DNA of 64,000 nucleotides from Bispira polyomma (Eukaryota): NCBI GenBank assembly GCA_965649765.1, contig OZ287754.1, positions 1,860,001 to 1,924,000 of the forward strand, read 5' to 3'. Shown piece by piece: positions 41,301 to 53,550 of this stretch (position 1 is its first letter; each line of letters starts with the position of its first letter). The notes under the pieces were generated by a model. It saw only the letters and a program-made list of their open reading frames with translations, ran no database searches and was not told where the DNA came from. The position numbers and the translations under genes were made by a program.

Positions 41301-41491
41301 GTCCAGGTCGGGATAAGAAGGCCGGAAGGAGTGATGATCCCAACTGGAGATCGGGGTCGCAGGAGCAGTCTGGGGGCTATCGATCAAACTCTCCCAGGCA
41401 GTCACCAAGCAGAGGTTTCAAGGATGTCAAGGGCACACCACCTCGCAGTGGCTACTCGGGCAGCAACCCCAAAATAGTACCTTTAAACTAG
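38363..41491 (+). pseudogene. gag: Gag (~1040 codons): long coiled-coil N-terminus, capsid domain, degenerate CCHC knuckle, SR/SP-rich tail
   Basis: A single frame from ATG 38363 to TAG 41489-91 with premature stops at 38471, 39107 and 41111. Capsid motifs PKLTFSGEYW..F..QFE and QREDESLERFLSRL; knuckle CFECGYRGHFA*DF. Confidence 0.85.
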
Positions 41492-41544
41492 GCAAGGGGG
41501 GTGGCAATAACAGCGGCCCATCCCTCTTGGACGTCAACGCTGTT
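41482..41544 (+). promoter_or_regulatory. -1 programmed ribosomal frameshift signal (slippery heptamer plus H-type pseudoknot)
   Basis: T TTA AAC is in the gag frame immediately before the TAG, and the -1 frame is open into pol. Stem 1 pairs 41494-41504 with 41518-41528; stem 2 pairs AACAGCG (41509-15) with CGCTGTT (41538-44). Confidence 0.8.
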
Positions 41545-43943
41545 TCTCACATACATCACAATAGAGATTCTATTTACAATTGTTACCAAATTTGTGAAGC
41601 AAATAAACAGAATCTAAGTGCAATAATACCTTGCTCAGTGAATGGTTATTCTACAAAAGCGTTACTCGATACAGGAGCGGAAGTCAGTCTAATGAGCTTT
41701 GATGTTTATGGGAAGTTACGGAATAAACCACCTCTAACAGAAAAGTACAAATTGTCAGGTGTTGGCAAGAATATGAACATGGAGGCGTGGCTGTTAAAAG
41801 GAGTAGACATTTCTTTTGGTAATCAAGGCAATCAAAAATGGAATGTGCTAGTGGCTTCCATCAAGGATCCATTAATTATTGGAATAGACTTTTTGTGTTA
41901 TTTTGGAGCAGTTTTAGACTTTGAAAAAAATACTTTTGGACTAAACAAAGTGATCACAGAAATTACTGAATTGAAAAGTGCAGAAGGTGTTCATTTTGAA
42001 AAGTGTAAAGTGAAACTTACCAAAAGAACTTGCGTACCACCTATGAGTGTCATGAGAACTACAGCTGAAACTACAGGTTCAAGTACAGAAGAAATGGTCA
42101 TTGTGTCCACTGGGATGAATAAAGGATTACTTTTACCTAATATTCTAGTCAGTCCAGGGGTTACAGTGTCAGTGCAGCTTGTGAATGATACAGACAATTA
42201 CATATCATTGCCACAAGGTCATGTGTTGGGTCAGGCTGTGACTTGTGACATGGTTGTGGGTGAGCAACAACAGGAAGTTTCTTGTAAACGAATGACCATG
42301 TCGGAATCGCAGAATCTGCCTGAACATCTGGAAGAGTTGTATCAGAGGTCAATAAAAACATTAAACAAGGAGGAAGCTAGGAGGTTGAAATCACTATTGT
42401 GGGAGTTCAGAGAAACCTTCTCTACAGGGGGTCACGATCTGGGATGTTTCACCGAGATCAAGCACACCATCAATACTGGAGATGAACGTCCTGTGAAGCA
42501 AGCTATGAGTCGCACTCCACTAGGTTCTGAGAAAGAGGAGGAGGAAAACCTAAAACTGATGTTGGAGATTGGTGTCGTAACTGAATCGTCATCTGATTGG
42601 GCTTCAGCACCAGTACTAGTCCGGAAGAAGGATGGAACTCTGAGATATTGTGTGGATTTTCGGAATTTAAACCAAAAAACTGTTAAAGCCTTATTTCCGT
42701 TACCATCCATTTCACAGTGTATCGACCAGCTTTCCGTAAATAAATACTTCTCAACTTCTCAACCTTAGACATGGCTAGCGGATATTGGCAAATTGAGATA
42801 GATGAAAAGGACAGACACAAAACTGCCTTCATCACCAAGTATGGGTTGTTTGAACATAAACGTATGGCATTTGGATTGTGTAACGTGCCAGCTACATTTC
42901 AGCGAGTGATACAATTTGTGTTGCGGGGTTTAACCTGGAATAAAACATTGGCATATATAGATGGTGTGATCATTTTAGGAAAAGGTTTTGAAGATCACAT
43001 TGAAAACCTGTATCTGACATTTGAGAGGTTTCGAAAATATAACCTTAAATTAAAACCAAAAAAATGCAGTTTGTTTCATACCGAAACGTTATTCTTGGGA
43101 AGAGTAGTAAGTCAAGAAGGAGTGTCAATTAATCCCGAGAATGTGGAAAAAGTGAAATCATGGCCAGTCCCAAAGTCTGTGAAAGACGTAGAAAAGTTCT
43201 TGGGATTTCTCAATTATCACCGTGAACACATCAAGGAATATGCCAGGCTAACTTCAGTGCTTTATGAACTCACTGGTTGCAGGGCAACATTCTCCTGGGA
43301 TACCAAGCATCAGGAAGCATTTGAAAATCTGAAGAAAAGGCTGATCAATACACCTATACTAAGTTATCCAAATGCAGAAGACGATTTTGTGCTGGATACA
43401 GATGCCTCTAATGATGCTATTGGAGCTGTACTGTCCCAAGTACAAAATGGGATAGAAAGAGTAATATGTTATGGCAGTTACGTCTTAACACCAGAACAGA
43501 GAAGGTATTGTGTCAGCAGGAAGGAGTTATTGGCAGTCATCCGATTCACCAGACAATTCCGTCATTACCTTTTAGGACGCAAGTTTTTACTCCGAACGGA
43601 TCATAACAGCCTGACTTGGCTTCTCAGATTCAAATACATTGAAGGACAATTAGCAAGGTGGCTGGAGGAACTGAGTCAGTTTGATGTGACAGTCGTGCAT
43701 CAATCCGGAGTGAAGCATGGTAATGCGGATGGAATGTCAAGAATCCCTGATGACACTGAGTTTTGTGATTGTTATAAGGCCAAATCAAAGCTTACTACAT
43801 TGCCTTGCGGAGGTTGCAAATACTGTACAAGAGCTCACAACCAATGGTTGAGGTTTGAAGAAGATGTAGATGACGTTGTGCCGTTAGCAGTGAAATCAGT
43901 GATTCTCCGCCATCTATGGACTTTAGGGGAGCTTTGGTGCTAA
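41482..43943 (+). pseudogene. pol: Pol: aspartic protease, RT, RNase H, Cys-rich linker
   Basis: LLDTGA; RYCVDFR; MAFGL; YIDG (YxDD mutated); DTDAS, KELLAV, RTDH; CDCY...LPCGGCKYC. A frameshift is caused by an 8-bp duplication of TTCTCAAC at 42748-42763. Confidence 0.92.
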
Positions 43944-43944
43944 G

Positions 43945-44913
43945 GTGATAGCAACGAAAGTCGGCAAATCAGCATGCCCAGAAAAAATCGGTGTCGCTTA
44001 CAACCACAAAGAAGCTGATATCCGACCTAACAAATTGGCCACCCTGCGAAGTTCTCATAAATTGTCATTTGTAGACTCACATTTCCACATCGATCGGTTA
44101 CAAAAGAAGACTCGGATGGAAAGACTGGATGCCATCATGTGGAAAGGACCGTTACCCCATGTGCCTGCAGAGCTTGATGCCGCCGTTGCAAACTTTTGTG
44201 ATGAGTTACCCACATGGGATAGACTCCGCGTATTGAGAAGAGACCACCGCTTAAGTTTTGCTTTTGGAGTACATCCCAAGCATGCCAAATATGTAAATAA
44301 AGCTAGGGTGGACGCCATCAAGGAAAAAGTTCTCAAGGAGCCTAGGTGCGTAGCCATTGGTGAAATTGGAATAGAGCATACTGCCGGTCATAAAGTCCTC
44401 ATAGAGTATCAGATAAAGCTTCTCGAGGACATACTGACATTCTACGTTGAGCTGCTGCTGTGGTCAAAGGTACTGGTCATCCATTGCAGGGATTATAATT
44501 ACTCTCCGGACGCAAGTGATTTGTGTTTAAAAACAATGGAAAACAAACTGCATGCCTGTGATAAGAACAAGTGCAAAGTACACAGGCACTGTTTCAATGG
44601 CCCAGTAAAGGAGATGGAAAAGTGGCAAAATAGTTTCCCTAATGTGATGTTCGGCTTTACAGCTTTAATCCTCAGGACTGAGCGTCATCACGAGATGGAG
44701 GAGGTCATCAAAAAATTGCCATTAAATCGGATTTTGCTTGAGACTGACTCACCTCATCTGGTAGCACCTGAACATGCTATCTATGAGTTCAATTCTCCTT
44801 ACGGCATATTATGTGTCGCCCAATGAGTCGCCGACTTGAAAGGTCTGAGGGTGGAAGATGTCGTCAGAATTGCCTCAGACAATGCAAGGCGGTTCTACGG
44901 GCTTTCTCGATAA
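43945..44913 (+). CDS. tatD: TatD-family metal-dependent nuclease, carried inside the LTR element (one premature TGA at 44824)
   Basis: All hallmark motifs are present in order: DSHFH, GVHP, AIGEIG, VIHCR, HCF, ILLETDSP. Read-through of the TGA gives the typical terminus ...VADLKG...DNARRFYG, with a stop at 44911-13. Confidence 0.88.
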
Positions 44914-45002
44914 GGGAGAGAAAGTCGTGGCGGGGTGTTCCGTCATGTAGTGGTGTGGGCAAGGACATAAATTGTTATTTTATATAAATTGTTTTTTCAT
45001 AG

Positions 45003-45062
45003 TTCAGACATTTAAAATAGTAATTCAGACATTTAAAATAGTAATTCAGACATTTAAAATAA
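45003..45062 (+). repeat. 21-bp tandem repeat x3 in the element 3' UTR
   Basis: TTCAGACATTTAAAATAGTAA repeated. Confidence 0.85.
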
Positions 45063-45257
45063 TTTTAAAAGTAAAGATAAAAATATGTACTGCAGCTAGA
45101 GACATTCCTAAAGGCAGTTATTAAAATTAAATTTAACATATTCTAATGTAAAGTAATTTTAAAAGGAAAATCTAATGCAACCTTTGTTGCCACTACAGTG
45201 GCAATAACTAAATGTCTGTCTAGTTTAAAATCCTGACAGGTAGCCCAAAAACATCAC

Positions 45258-45266
45258 AGAGGGGAA
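45258..45266 (+). promoter_or_regulatory. Polypurine tract
   Basis: AGAGGGGAA immediately precedes the TG of the 3' LTR. Confidence 0.75.
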
Positions 45267-45556
45267 TGTGGTGAGAAGCCCGAGTCGCGGCAGCAAACCG
45301 TGATCCGGGGTTTAGTACGTCCCCGAAGTTCTACCGACGGCGGAAGCTGTGAACCGGAAGCGGCGAACCGGAAGCAACAGTCTTCGCGTCCATCTTTGAA
45401 CCAACCACACTGGTCACAACAAATATATTTGAAGACGTATCTGGGCTGTCCCCACAGGTGGATACAGCCATTTATACAGATTACAGTGAGTAGACTGTCA
45501 TCTACAGTTAAGAGACTGGTATCCTGAATTCTCTCAGGGTAAGTGGACAAATTACA
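45267..45556 (+). repeat. 3' LTR (290 bp)
   Basis: Matches the 5' LTR with ~11 substitutions by manual count, a 14-bp internal duplication and a 1-bp indel. Confidence 0.93.
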
Positions 45557-45575
45557 ATAAAGTCAAGGTTTTAAC

Positions 45576-46105
45576 ATGGTTTGATTGAAATAGTCTTTCT
45601 TTAACAAATGGGAATAGACTTTAATAAAAATGGACATAATATACTAAACTTCTACATTATATTGAGAATTACAATTTTATGTAAATATAAGAATGTTAGT
45701 ATAGGGGGGTCACTTAAAATAGATTATACATTACACCCTCTTCTTTGGCATTTAAAGTACATGTTAATGTATTACCATGGTTTCATTTAAATAAACTTTC
45801 TTCAACAAATGGAAATAGACTTTAATAAGGTGGACATATTGCAACATACTTCTTTATTGCAGTAAAAATTACAATTTGATGTGAATATATGAGATGTTAG
45901 CAGAGGAATTAACATAAAATCGATTTGAGATTACCCCCTGTTCTGTATACCCCCTGTGTTTGGAATGCTTCCTTAGCTTTTTACATAGTTTTTTAAAAAA
46001 AAACTATCTTTAACTAATGGAAATAGGTTTTTTTATGACTGGACTTAATACTTATTCATTACAGTGAGAATCAGAATTTTATGTGAATACACGAATGTTA
46101 GTATG
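45576..46105 (+). repeat. Diverged ~200-bp tandem repeat (~2.5 copies)
   Basis: CATGGTTT...AACAAATGG(G/A)AATAGACTTTAATAA...GAATTACAATTT...ATGTTAG recurs at ~45576, ~45776 and ~45983. Confidence 0.7.
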
Positions 46106-48116
46106 ACAGCTACTAAATGAATACAGCCAGAATCACATACATTTCTTAGACACCACTGTAAAAACGATCAAAACTGATCATGTGTTACAACTTTGTATAA
46201 CAAACCAACATATACACACCAATATCTACATTATAATTCGGCCCACCCAAAAACAGTAATGACTAAAGCACCCTATGGATAATTGCTAAGATTAAAAATA
46301 ATCTGTTCTCTGAACAATGGCTACCAAGATAAGATGAATGTTACATGAAGGTTATTGAATATAATACAAAAGAATTCACCTCACTTTTCAACAATTTCAG
46401 ATATAGATAAATTTAACATAATATTGATTCGAAAAACAACTTGTGTCATTATACTTAGCTGATTCCTGGAAAATAAGACATAGTTAATAAATAATTATTT
46501 ATGTGTCATGTGTACTTGTATATGTATGTAAATATAACTTAACTAAAATTCAACCCTTCTGTCGAATTAAAAAAAAAATTGTAATAATGTACTGGAAAGG
46601 TCTTCTGGGCTCTGATAACCCGCGATAAAGGCCTAACATACTAAAGAAGTCTAATCTAGTACATTATAATTGTATTAATTATTACAAATACAATTGTATT
46701 ATTACAAAGTATGTGTAAAATGATAATAACTATAACTATTGTTATTAATATTGTATTGTCAAAACGACTTATAAGCTTCTTGCAGCTCAATAATTTTCAT
46801 TTGCCTGTGTTACATATTGTGGTCATTATATTGCACGTGACTATAATAAACAAATCAAATGTAAAAAAATACATTTCCGAAAACATTTGGTCAGTAATTT
46901 ATCCAATATGTTTTAAAACTCCAGATAACAATAGTTTCATTCATTTCAATATAAAATCTTGTATATATATAATCTTTTACACAAAAGAAAATTATTACCC
47001 GGCAAACTAATTGCCTTTTGTGAATGTCCCAAAAATATTCGACATTTATTTAAGTGTCTGCCAACGATAGAAAACTATACAGAGATGGATTCTAAATAAG
47101 ATTGGAATTAAGATACCATTTAATAACACTATAAAATAATGGGATATTTAACAATGTATACAACCTTCTGACCAGTTAATTTTAAACTGTTAGTTTCCAG
47201 AAAATAAATATTTTGGTATTCCATAAAGAGTTACACTTAAGCATATACTGTTCACAAAGTGAGATGAAAAGAAAATACTTACAAGATAGGTTTTATTCAA
47301 GCTGGAATTTGCTTCTAAACATCTTTACCATAATTTAGGTTAGCTCTGATATTCTGATTCACATAGTATTTTGCATAATTTATAGAACTTAAATATATAC
47401 TAAATTTTTTTGAGCAAATGAAGGATTGCTCCTTATTTATCTCAAAATATATATTCCTCTCATTCCAAAATATAATTGTAGAAGTTGTGACACTATAAAA
47501 CAATGGTTTGCTAAGAGTTATGAGTCAATAAATTGTTTGAAAGGCACAGATGTAAAATTATGATATAATTTGTTTTAAAGCTAATTATATTCATCGTAGC
47601 TCATACACTGTGTTTAAGTAATGTTTAATCTTCAGTTGTTTAATGTCTGGAACCATTAAATGTATCATATGTTTAATTGAAAAAATATATATTAAAACAA
47701 ATTACAGTATGAGGTGAATATACACAGTGTCAGCAATTGACAATCCATTGTTACTAATCTTTCATTGTAATTGTTATTAATAACCTTATAATATAGAGAT
47801 ACTTAACATGTGGGTTTGTTACTATTAATAAACAGTGTGCAAATTATACTGTCAATTGAAAATGAAATAATGTTGAAAATGTTTTTTATGTCCAGTTTAA
47901 TAAAGTAAAAGAAATTTAATTTAGAAACCCATATCCATTATGACTTAAATGAGGTATAATTAATGGTATATTTAACAAAACTGCATTATTCGACAGTCAT
48001 TTGTCGTACACAGGTTGGAATGGCTTATGAAATGTTGCTTTAATACCTTGTTCAGTTTTAGTTTCAAAGTTCCATTAAGGAATTGTGTTATTTTGCAAGA
48101 AGTCGAACATTTCAAA

Positions 48117-48156
48117 ATGTTACAGAATTACTGGATTGGATTTATTTTACTATTTG
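48117..48156 (+). CDS. Host gene coding exon 1 (signal peptide)
   Basis: ATG MLQNYWIGFILLF-G followed by a GTAAGA donor, phase 1. Confidence 0.6.
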
Positions 48157-49734
48157 GTAAGATTAAAATTATTTTATCTGTGTCTGCTTATGGTCAGTAC
48201 ATATAGCTGTAACAGTATCCAGACTGATGTACAAATGTATTTGTACCCTAAAATGTATCCGTTACACATACATTTACTCAGATATTATAACTGAATTCAC
48301 ATAGATTATTTTCATCAAATAATTTACAAAAATGATCTCAGTTCGAAGAATACAGCTTTCTATCTAATGTAATCATGTTCTTCTACCTTAAATGTTTTTG
48401 ATAGTTGTACCGGTACATTTTGAAAGCTGGTGTATCTGCTAAAAAATTTAGGACCAGCAAAAAAATTGTCATAAATAGGCACAAAAACCTTATCTTCTGT
48501 TTATTATGTATGCCAACATAAATGACAGTGGTTAACAGTAAATTGATGATTTTGGTTGACTCATTCAGTTTTTTTCACACAATAATTGGATCTATTATGG
48601 ATGTCTGATATATATCTTTATTTTTTTGGCAAATAATGAATAATGCATCAGTGTGCCAAAAGTATTTTATATTTGAAAATATTATTTTTGTTCTCTCCAA
48701 ACTTTGACACACTAATTACCAGATTTTCTGCCATACATTCTTACAATTTGTTAAGGCCCGAATCTAGTGCCATAGTTTGTTACTTGTTTGCAGAGTTCCA
48801 AACTTACTTTAAAGCCAATTCTATTTAATCAACCACTCAGGGAACTTCCCTCTCATGGGTTCACTTTCTAGTCTTCAGTTCTCCCTAGATGTTGACACAC
48901 TGTGATAGTAAGGTGACTGATGTAATACTTGCTTATTGATATTAGAGGAGTCTGTTAATTGTTTTAATTTCTTCTATTTTTGCAAATATTAAAAAGTACA
49001 ATATATTTATGATTTAAGGTTAATTTTATTTATCTTACTTTCTAACTCGGTTTGAATAATTAACAGACTTCTCTTATATCAATGTTAAAGTGCTATTCAA
49101 GCAATCAGAGATGTCGGCCATTACAGTGTTGTGGTAAATGTGTTGTGAATACTTGTATATAATATAACATTGATATCATTGTGTGTTTCCATTATAGTAT
49201 GTGATCACCTCATAAAGATTATTGACTTCATTTCTTTCTAAAATGGGAAATTGTCTCTTCAAAAGCTGGGTGCATACTAAGCTCTCGACCAATGGGATTC
49301 GTTGTATCTGAATTAGGTTGAGAAAATCTGTGATATCTGGGGTTTTTCTATCAAAGGAGTTGCATTTCATTGCCTCGTTGCTGTTTAGAGGAGGTGCCAG
49401 AAAGACATTGTGAGGTAGACACCAGGGGTGGAACACTTAGCTTAGTTTAGTGTTACAGGTTTATATGAATAATTGATTGGGGTAAAACCTACTGTTTGGC
49501 TTACATGGTAAACCTCAGATGCCATATCATAATGTAAATTAATATGAATATGTAATATTAGAAAATTATTGGCTAGAATCGGTTGATTCCAGCACATATA
49601 TAGGGTTATAGAATTAAATATATCTAATATTACTGAAATACATGAACTATTAATGCTATGTCTTAGATGGCTAAAGAACTGCATCGAAATCTGAGAGGAT
49701 ATTTTTTCTCAATCCAGAAAGTGTTTCAAGCAGT

Positions 49735-50215
49735 CTAAGCTCAACTGGAAGGCTGTTCCATAACATAGGGGCGGCAACCGAGAAGATCCAACTCTCTTCG
49801 TGTTTTTTTAGAGGAAACAGAGAGTCTCTTTCCCCTTTTAAGGTTGCTGAAGGAGAGTTTATTAGTTGGTAGTTTAGTAGTTGGGTTTAATTTCAGTTTG
49901 GAGTAGTTCATCCACACCTGAACTGAGAGGACACTGTCGGCAAGTAAATCATGGTTGTTTCCGGCATTATGAGGGTTAAGAGAGAGATAGATTTGAGATT
50001 TGTGAGATTATTGATGACTGAGAGGATGAGTGCAGAGGGTAAAAAATAGAGGACCGAGAACCGACCCCTGGGGTACTCCGAAAAGTAGGTTAAAAGAGGA
50101 TGAAAAGTGGTGGCCCAATTAAATTTTTTGGGTTCTAAGAGTGAGGTACGATTTGATAAAATCAAGGACAGTACTAGTAAGACCAAACCACTGTTTTAGG
50201 GTGTCATTAGGAAAG
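49735..50215 (-). mobile_element. L2/CR1 RT fragment
   Basis: DTLKQWFGL..TVLD.IKSYL and GVPQGSVLGP; same family as 5752-7580. Confidence 0.8.
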
Positions 50216-50827
50216 ACTTTGGTGTCGAAAATAAAAGAAATTAAACAACTGATCTTGACAACAAACAGTGTTAGTAGTAAACTATGTGGAATAGCAAAAA
50301 TCGGAGAGCTTAAAAGCAATTAACAGACTTCAAATCATATATATATAATGCCAAGGTTATACCCAATGATTACTTGTATCTAACATTTAGGCTATATATA
50401 CAACTCGTCTGTCTCTTCATTTCTGTCTCTTGTTTCTAACATCCCATTGACTATATGTGACGGAGTCATCAGTCACTAAATGCCTGTTTCATTATTGAGA
50501 GTGTGAAGGTCATCAATTTGTTTATTTCGGTTTTACTTCATACATTTTGTTTATTCCAAACTGATGCCAGACATTTTCTAATGCCCGGCATCACTTGACA
50601 TTACACCGAGAAGAGATAGATATACAACAAAGAACTGATTGTTACCGGTAGGCGATGACATGCACACATCTTGCCCAAGGATATTACTCACCAATAACCT
50701 TTATATCATTGCCTGGAGTTAAAGTAATATCCTCCAATCAGCACACCAACTGTCTAACACTTGGCCACAGGAAACGACACCAGAAATTTATAATTATACA
50801 ATGAGCAATTGTATCTTTGTGTAACAG

Positions 50828-50911
50828 GTTTATGTATTGAGTCTCAGCAGCAGATGGTATTGGACTTTGACAACCCGACAGTTCCATCTACAGAACTAGG
50901 TACATCTACAG
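50828..50911 (+). CDS. Host gene coding exon 2
   Basis: CAG acceptor and GTAATC donor, 84 nt, phase 1-1. Encodes (G)LCIESQQQMVLDFDNPTVPSTELGTST and completes the signal peptide. Confidence 0.6.
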
Positions 50912-52056
50912 GTAATCCTGATAAAATTAATAATAATAGCATTTGGTATAATGCTTATTCCAAAATATGCTTTTCTCTGTTATATTTTCTGGTGTCAAGT
51001 CAAAAAGTAAAGTGGCTGTGTAATCTTGTCCCTTGCAATATGAAACTCAATTTTACAGTTTTTGAGGTTATATTTATTGAGAATTTTTATATTTTTTTTA
51101 AAAATTCTGAACAAGATGTATATATTGGCCAAGATAGAACTGCTATTTTTAAAGAAAAACTTGGTTCGCTGTAGCCTTAAATTTTTGTTCCAACTGTGGT
51201 GTAATGTTTTGATGGCTAGTTACTGAGTATTGCAGATATTTTGGTGAAATTTACAGATAATGTGGGAGATAATATATAATGTGCCATTGTCTATGGTTTG
51301 GTAATTTCCAGAGATATGATGAGTCCTAGTATAATTCCATTATTATGAATCAGTCCCCCACTGGTATCCTGATTAATACGAGTTCCTGCGTGCAAGAAGC
51401 AGTAACCCTTTTTTGGTTAGCAGTTTATGATACACATCTTTTTATTTGGATGTGGCACCTTAAACTCCACGAGGCTATAGAGATTAAGCGCTTAGTTTAC
51501 TGATTGATTATGGTCAATCCAATTCTCTCAGAGAGAGCTATTTTCATGGTTTAGCCAACCCAAACCAGTTATACTCGAAAACTACATGGTTGTAAATTAT
51601 TCATACAGTATACCACACCAACACAGGTCAAACGGCCATATCAAACCTTGGCATAATAGAAATATTCCTGCGTACATAGAAATTGATGGACCCTGCAAAA
51701 TTGTTCAATGTAATATGAACCAATTGCTTTATAGCCAGATCAAACTGCCAATAACATTTATAATATTATGTATACTGATAATACCACAACAATTTATGCT
51801 TTAAGTTGCCAGACGGCATTTGAACCAAAAAATTAATACATCAATTTGGAATCACAAAAGTGTGCAGAGTTTGGGAAATCAGATATGAATTTACTCCATT
51901 CGAATGTTGATAAACATAAAGAAATCTTTTTTGTAAGATATTTTGTAAAGTATATATATTGTAGTCCACTCTAATCTCTGGCACCTCAGCCAATCCCTTC
52001 CAATTTCTATCACCTAATTCCCATTTTAATGCATGGCATGTTGTTTATAGTCATGC

Positions 52057-53550
52057 TTGGTTTCCCCACCAAGTCATGCATGCTTGACCTCTGGCCCACT
52101 TTCCTTGAAGGAATGTGTGGATATTCTTTTCCCATCAATAACCAAACTGGTTAACAATTCCTTAGCTCAGGGTGTCTTTCCAACAAAGTTGAAAAGGGCT
52201 GTTGTCACTCCTCTTATAAAGAAGGCTTCCCTACCAAAAAATGACTCACAAAATTATCGATCTGTATCTGGACTATGCTATATCTCAAATTTGATAGAAC
52301 GGGTTGTCGCCCAACAGCTCAATAGTCATCTTGAAAAATTCAGCCTAGAGAAGACCTACCAATTAGCATATAAAAAATACCATTCAACTGAAACAGCTCT
52401 GCTTTATATTAAAAACGATATTGCATTAGTACTGTTAGACTTATCAGCTGCCTTCGACACTATTGATCACAATGTCCTCTTTAAAAGACTAAACACCTGG
52501 TTTGGTCTGAAAGACTCTGTCATGCAATGGTTTGTTTCCTACTTGTCAGACAAGTACCAGTCTATTAAAATTGGTGATATTCTGTCTGACCAACAAGTGC
52601 TTGGACCACTCCTATTTTCATTATATACTACACCCCTTAGCAAAATTATTTCCTCCTATTCTTCTCTGAAGTATCACTTCTATGCAGAAGATACACACAA
52701 TTACATGCACCTTACTCTAAACGCATCAATCGGTACCCTGGAAGTCCTTTAGAAATGCTTAGCAGATGTTCAAAATCGGATGGCGCTAAATAAGCTCAAG
52801 CTGACTCCTGCTAAAACTGAACTCATATTGTTTGACTCAGGCACTCAACGTGCTGAACTGTCAAATTCTTTTCCAGTAAACGTTCTTGGGACACTGTTAT
52901 CCCCAACTGATAAAGTGAGGAACCTGGGAGTTGTGTTTGACAGTAATTTTTCATATTTTAGTCGTATCCAATCAGTGTGTAAGTCATGCTTCATGGGTCT
53001 CAGAGACCTTAGGAGAATCAAGAGATACCTTCTACAATCGGTTGCAATAACAGCAGCAAATGCTCTGGTTGGTGGCAGACTGGACTACTGCAATTTACTG
53101 TATTGTAGCTTGACCAAAAAAAACCTAAACAAATTGCAATGCATCCAGAATTTATTGTCACGTCTGGTCAGTTCTTCTGCTCGGCTTTTAAATGCTTCAC
53201 CGATTCTGAAATCACTCCACTGGCTCCCTGTTAGGTATTGGTGTGCTTTTACAACTGCTACAATAGTATATAAGTTTCTTAATTCAGGTTTGCCCAAATA
53301 CTTTGAACCACACTTGAGTTACTACAAGTGTACTGTCAATACCAGGAGAGCTGCTCCCAAAAATAGATTCCTTCTTGTTCCAAAATATAAGTCCAGTACA
53401 CAGGTCAAAAGGTTCACTTTGAAAAAAGTTTGCAAATGATGCCCCACCCTATGAAATAGTTTGCCTCAACACATTAGGACAGCTCCGCCCCTGTATTCCT
53501 TCCGGCGCAGTTTAAAGACCTATCTGTTCAATGATGCATTCCCTCCATAG
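52057..53550 (+). mobile_element. L2/CR1 LINE ORF2 (RT), 5'-truncated
   Basis: ORFs 52057-52752 and 52780-53439 contain LLDLSAAFDT, FYAED and LHWLP, and the frame ends LFNDAFPP*. A small inverted L2 piece lies at ~53735-53850. Confidence 0.9.

Larger units (their letters stand above)
36801..45556 (+). mobile_element. Ty3/Gypsy LTR retrotransposon with both LTRs; gag, PR-RT-RNase H and TatD nuclease, no integrase detected
   Basis: Paired TG...CA LTRs, a PBS-like sequence, a PPT, gag-pol with a -1 frameshift site, and a TatD ORF just upstream of the 3' LTR. Flanks are ATAT (36797-36800) and ATAA (45557-45560). Confidence 0.93.

Noticed and set aside
41082-41477. Separate 131-aa ORF between gag and pol
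   Set aside because: It is an alternative-frame shadow of the gag tail; the gag frame continues past a premature TGA to the frameshift site.
43945-44913. TatD as an ordinary host gene or bacterial contamination
   Set aside because: It is intronless, contiguous with Gypsy pol, enclosed by paired LTRs with a PPT, and decayed like the rest of the element. There is no bacterial gene context.
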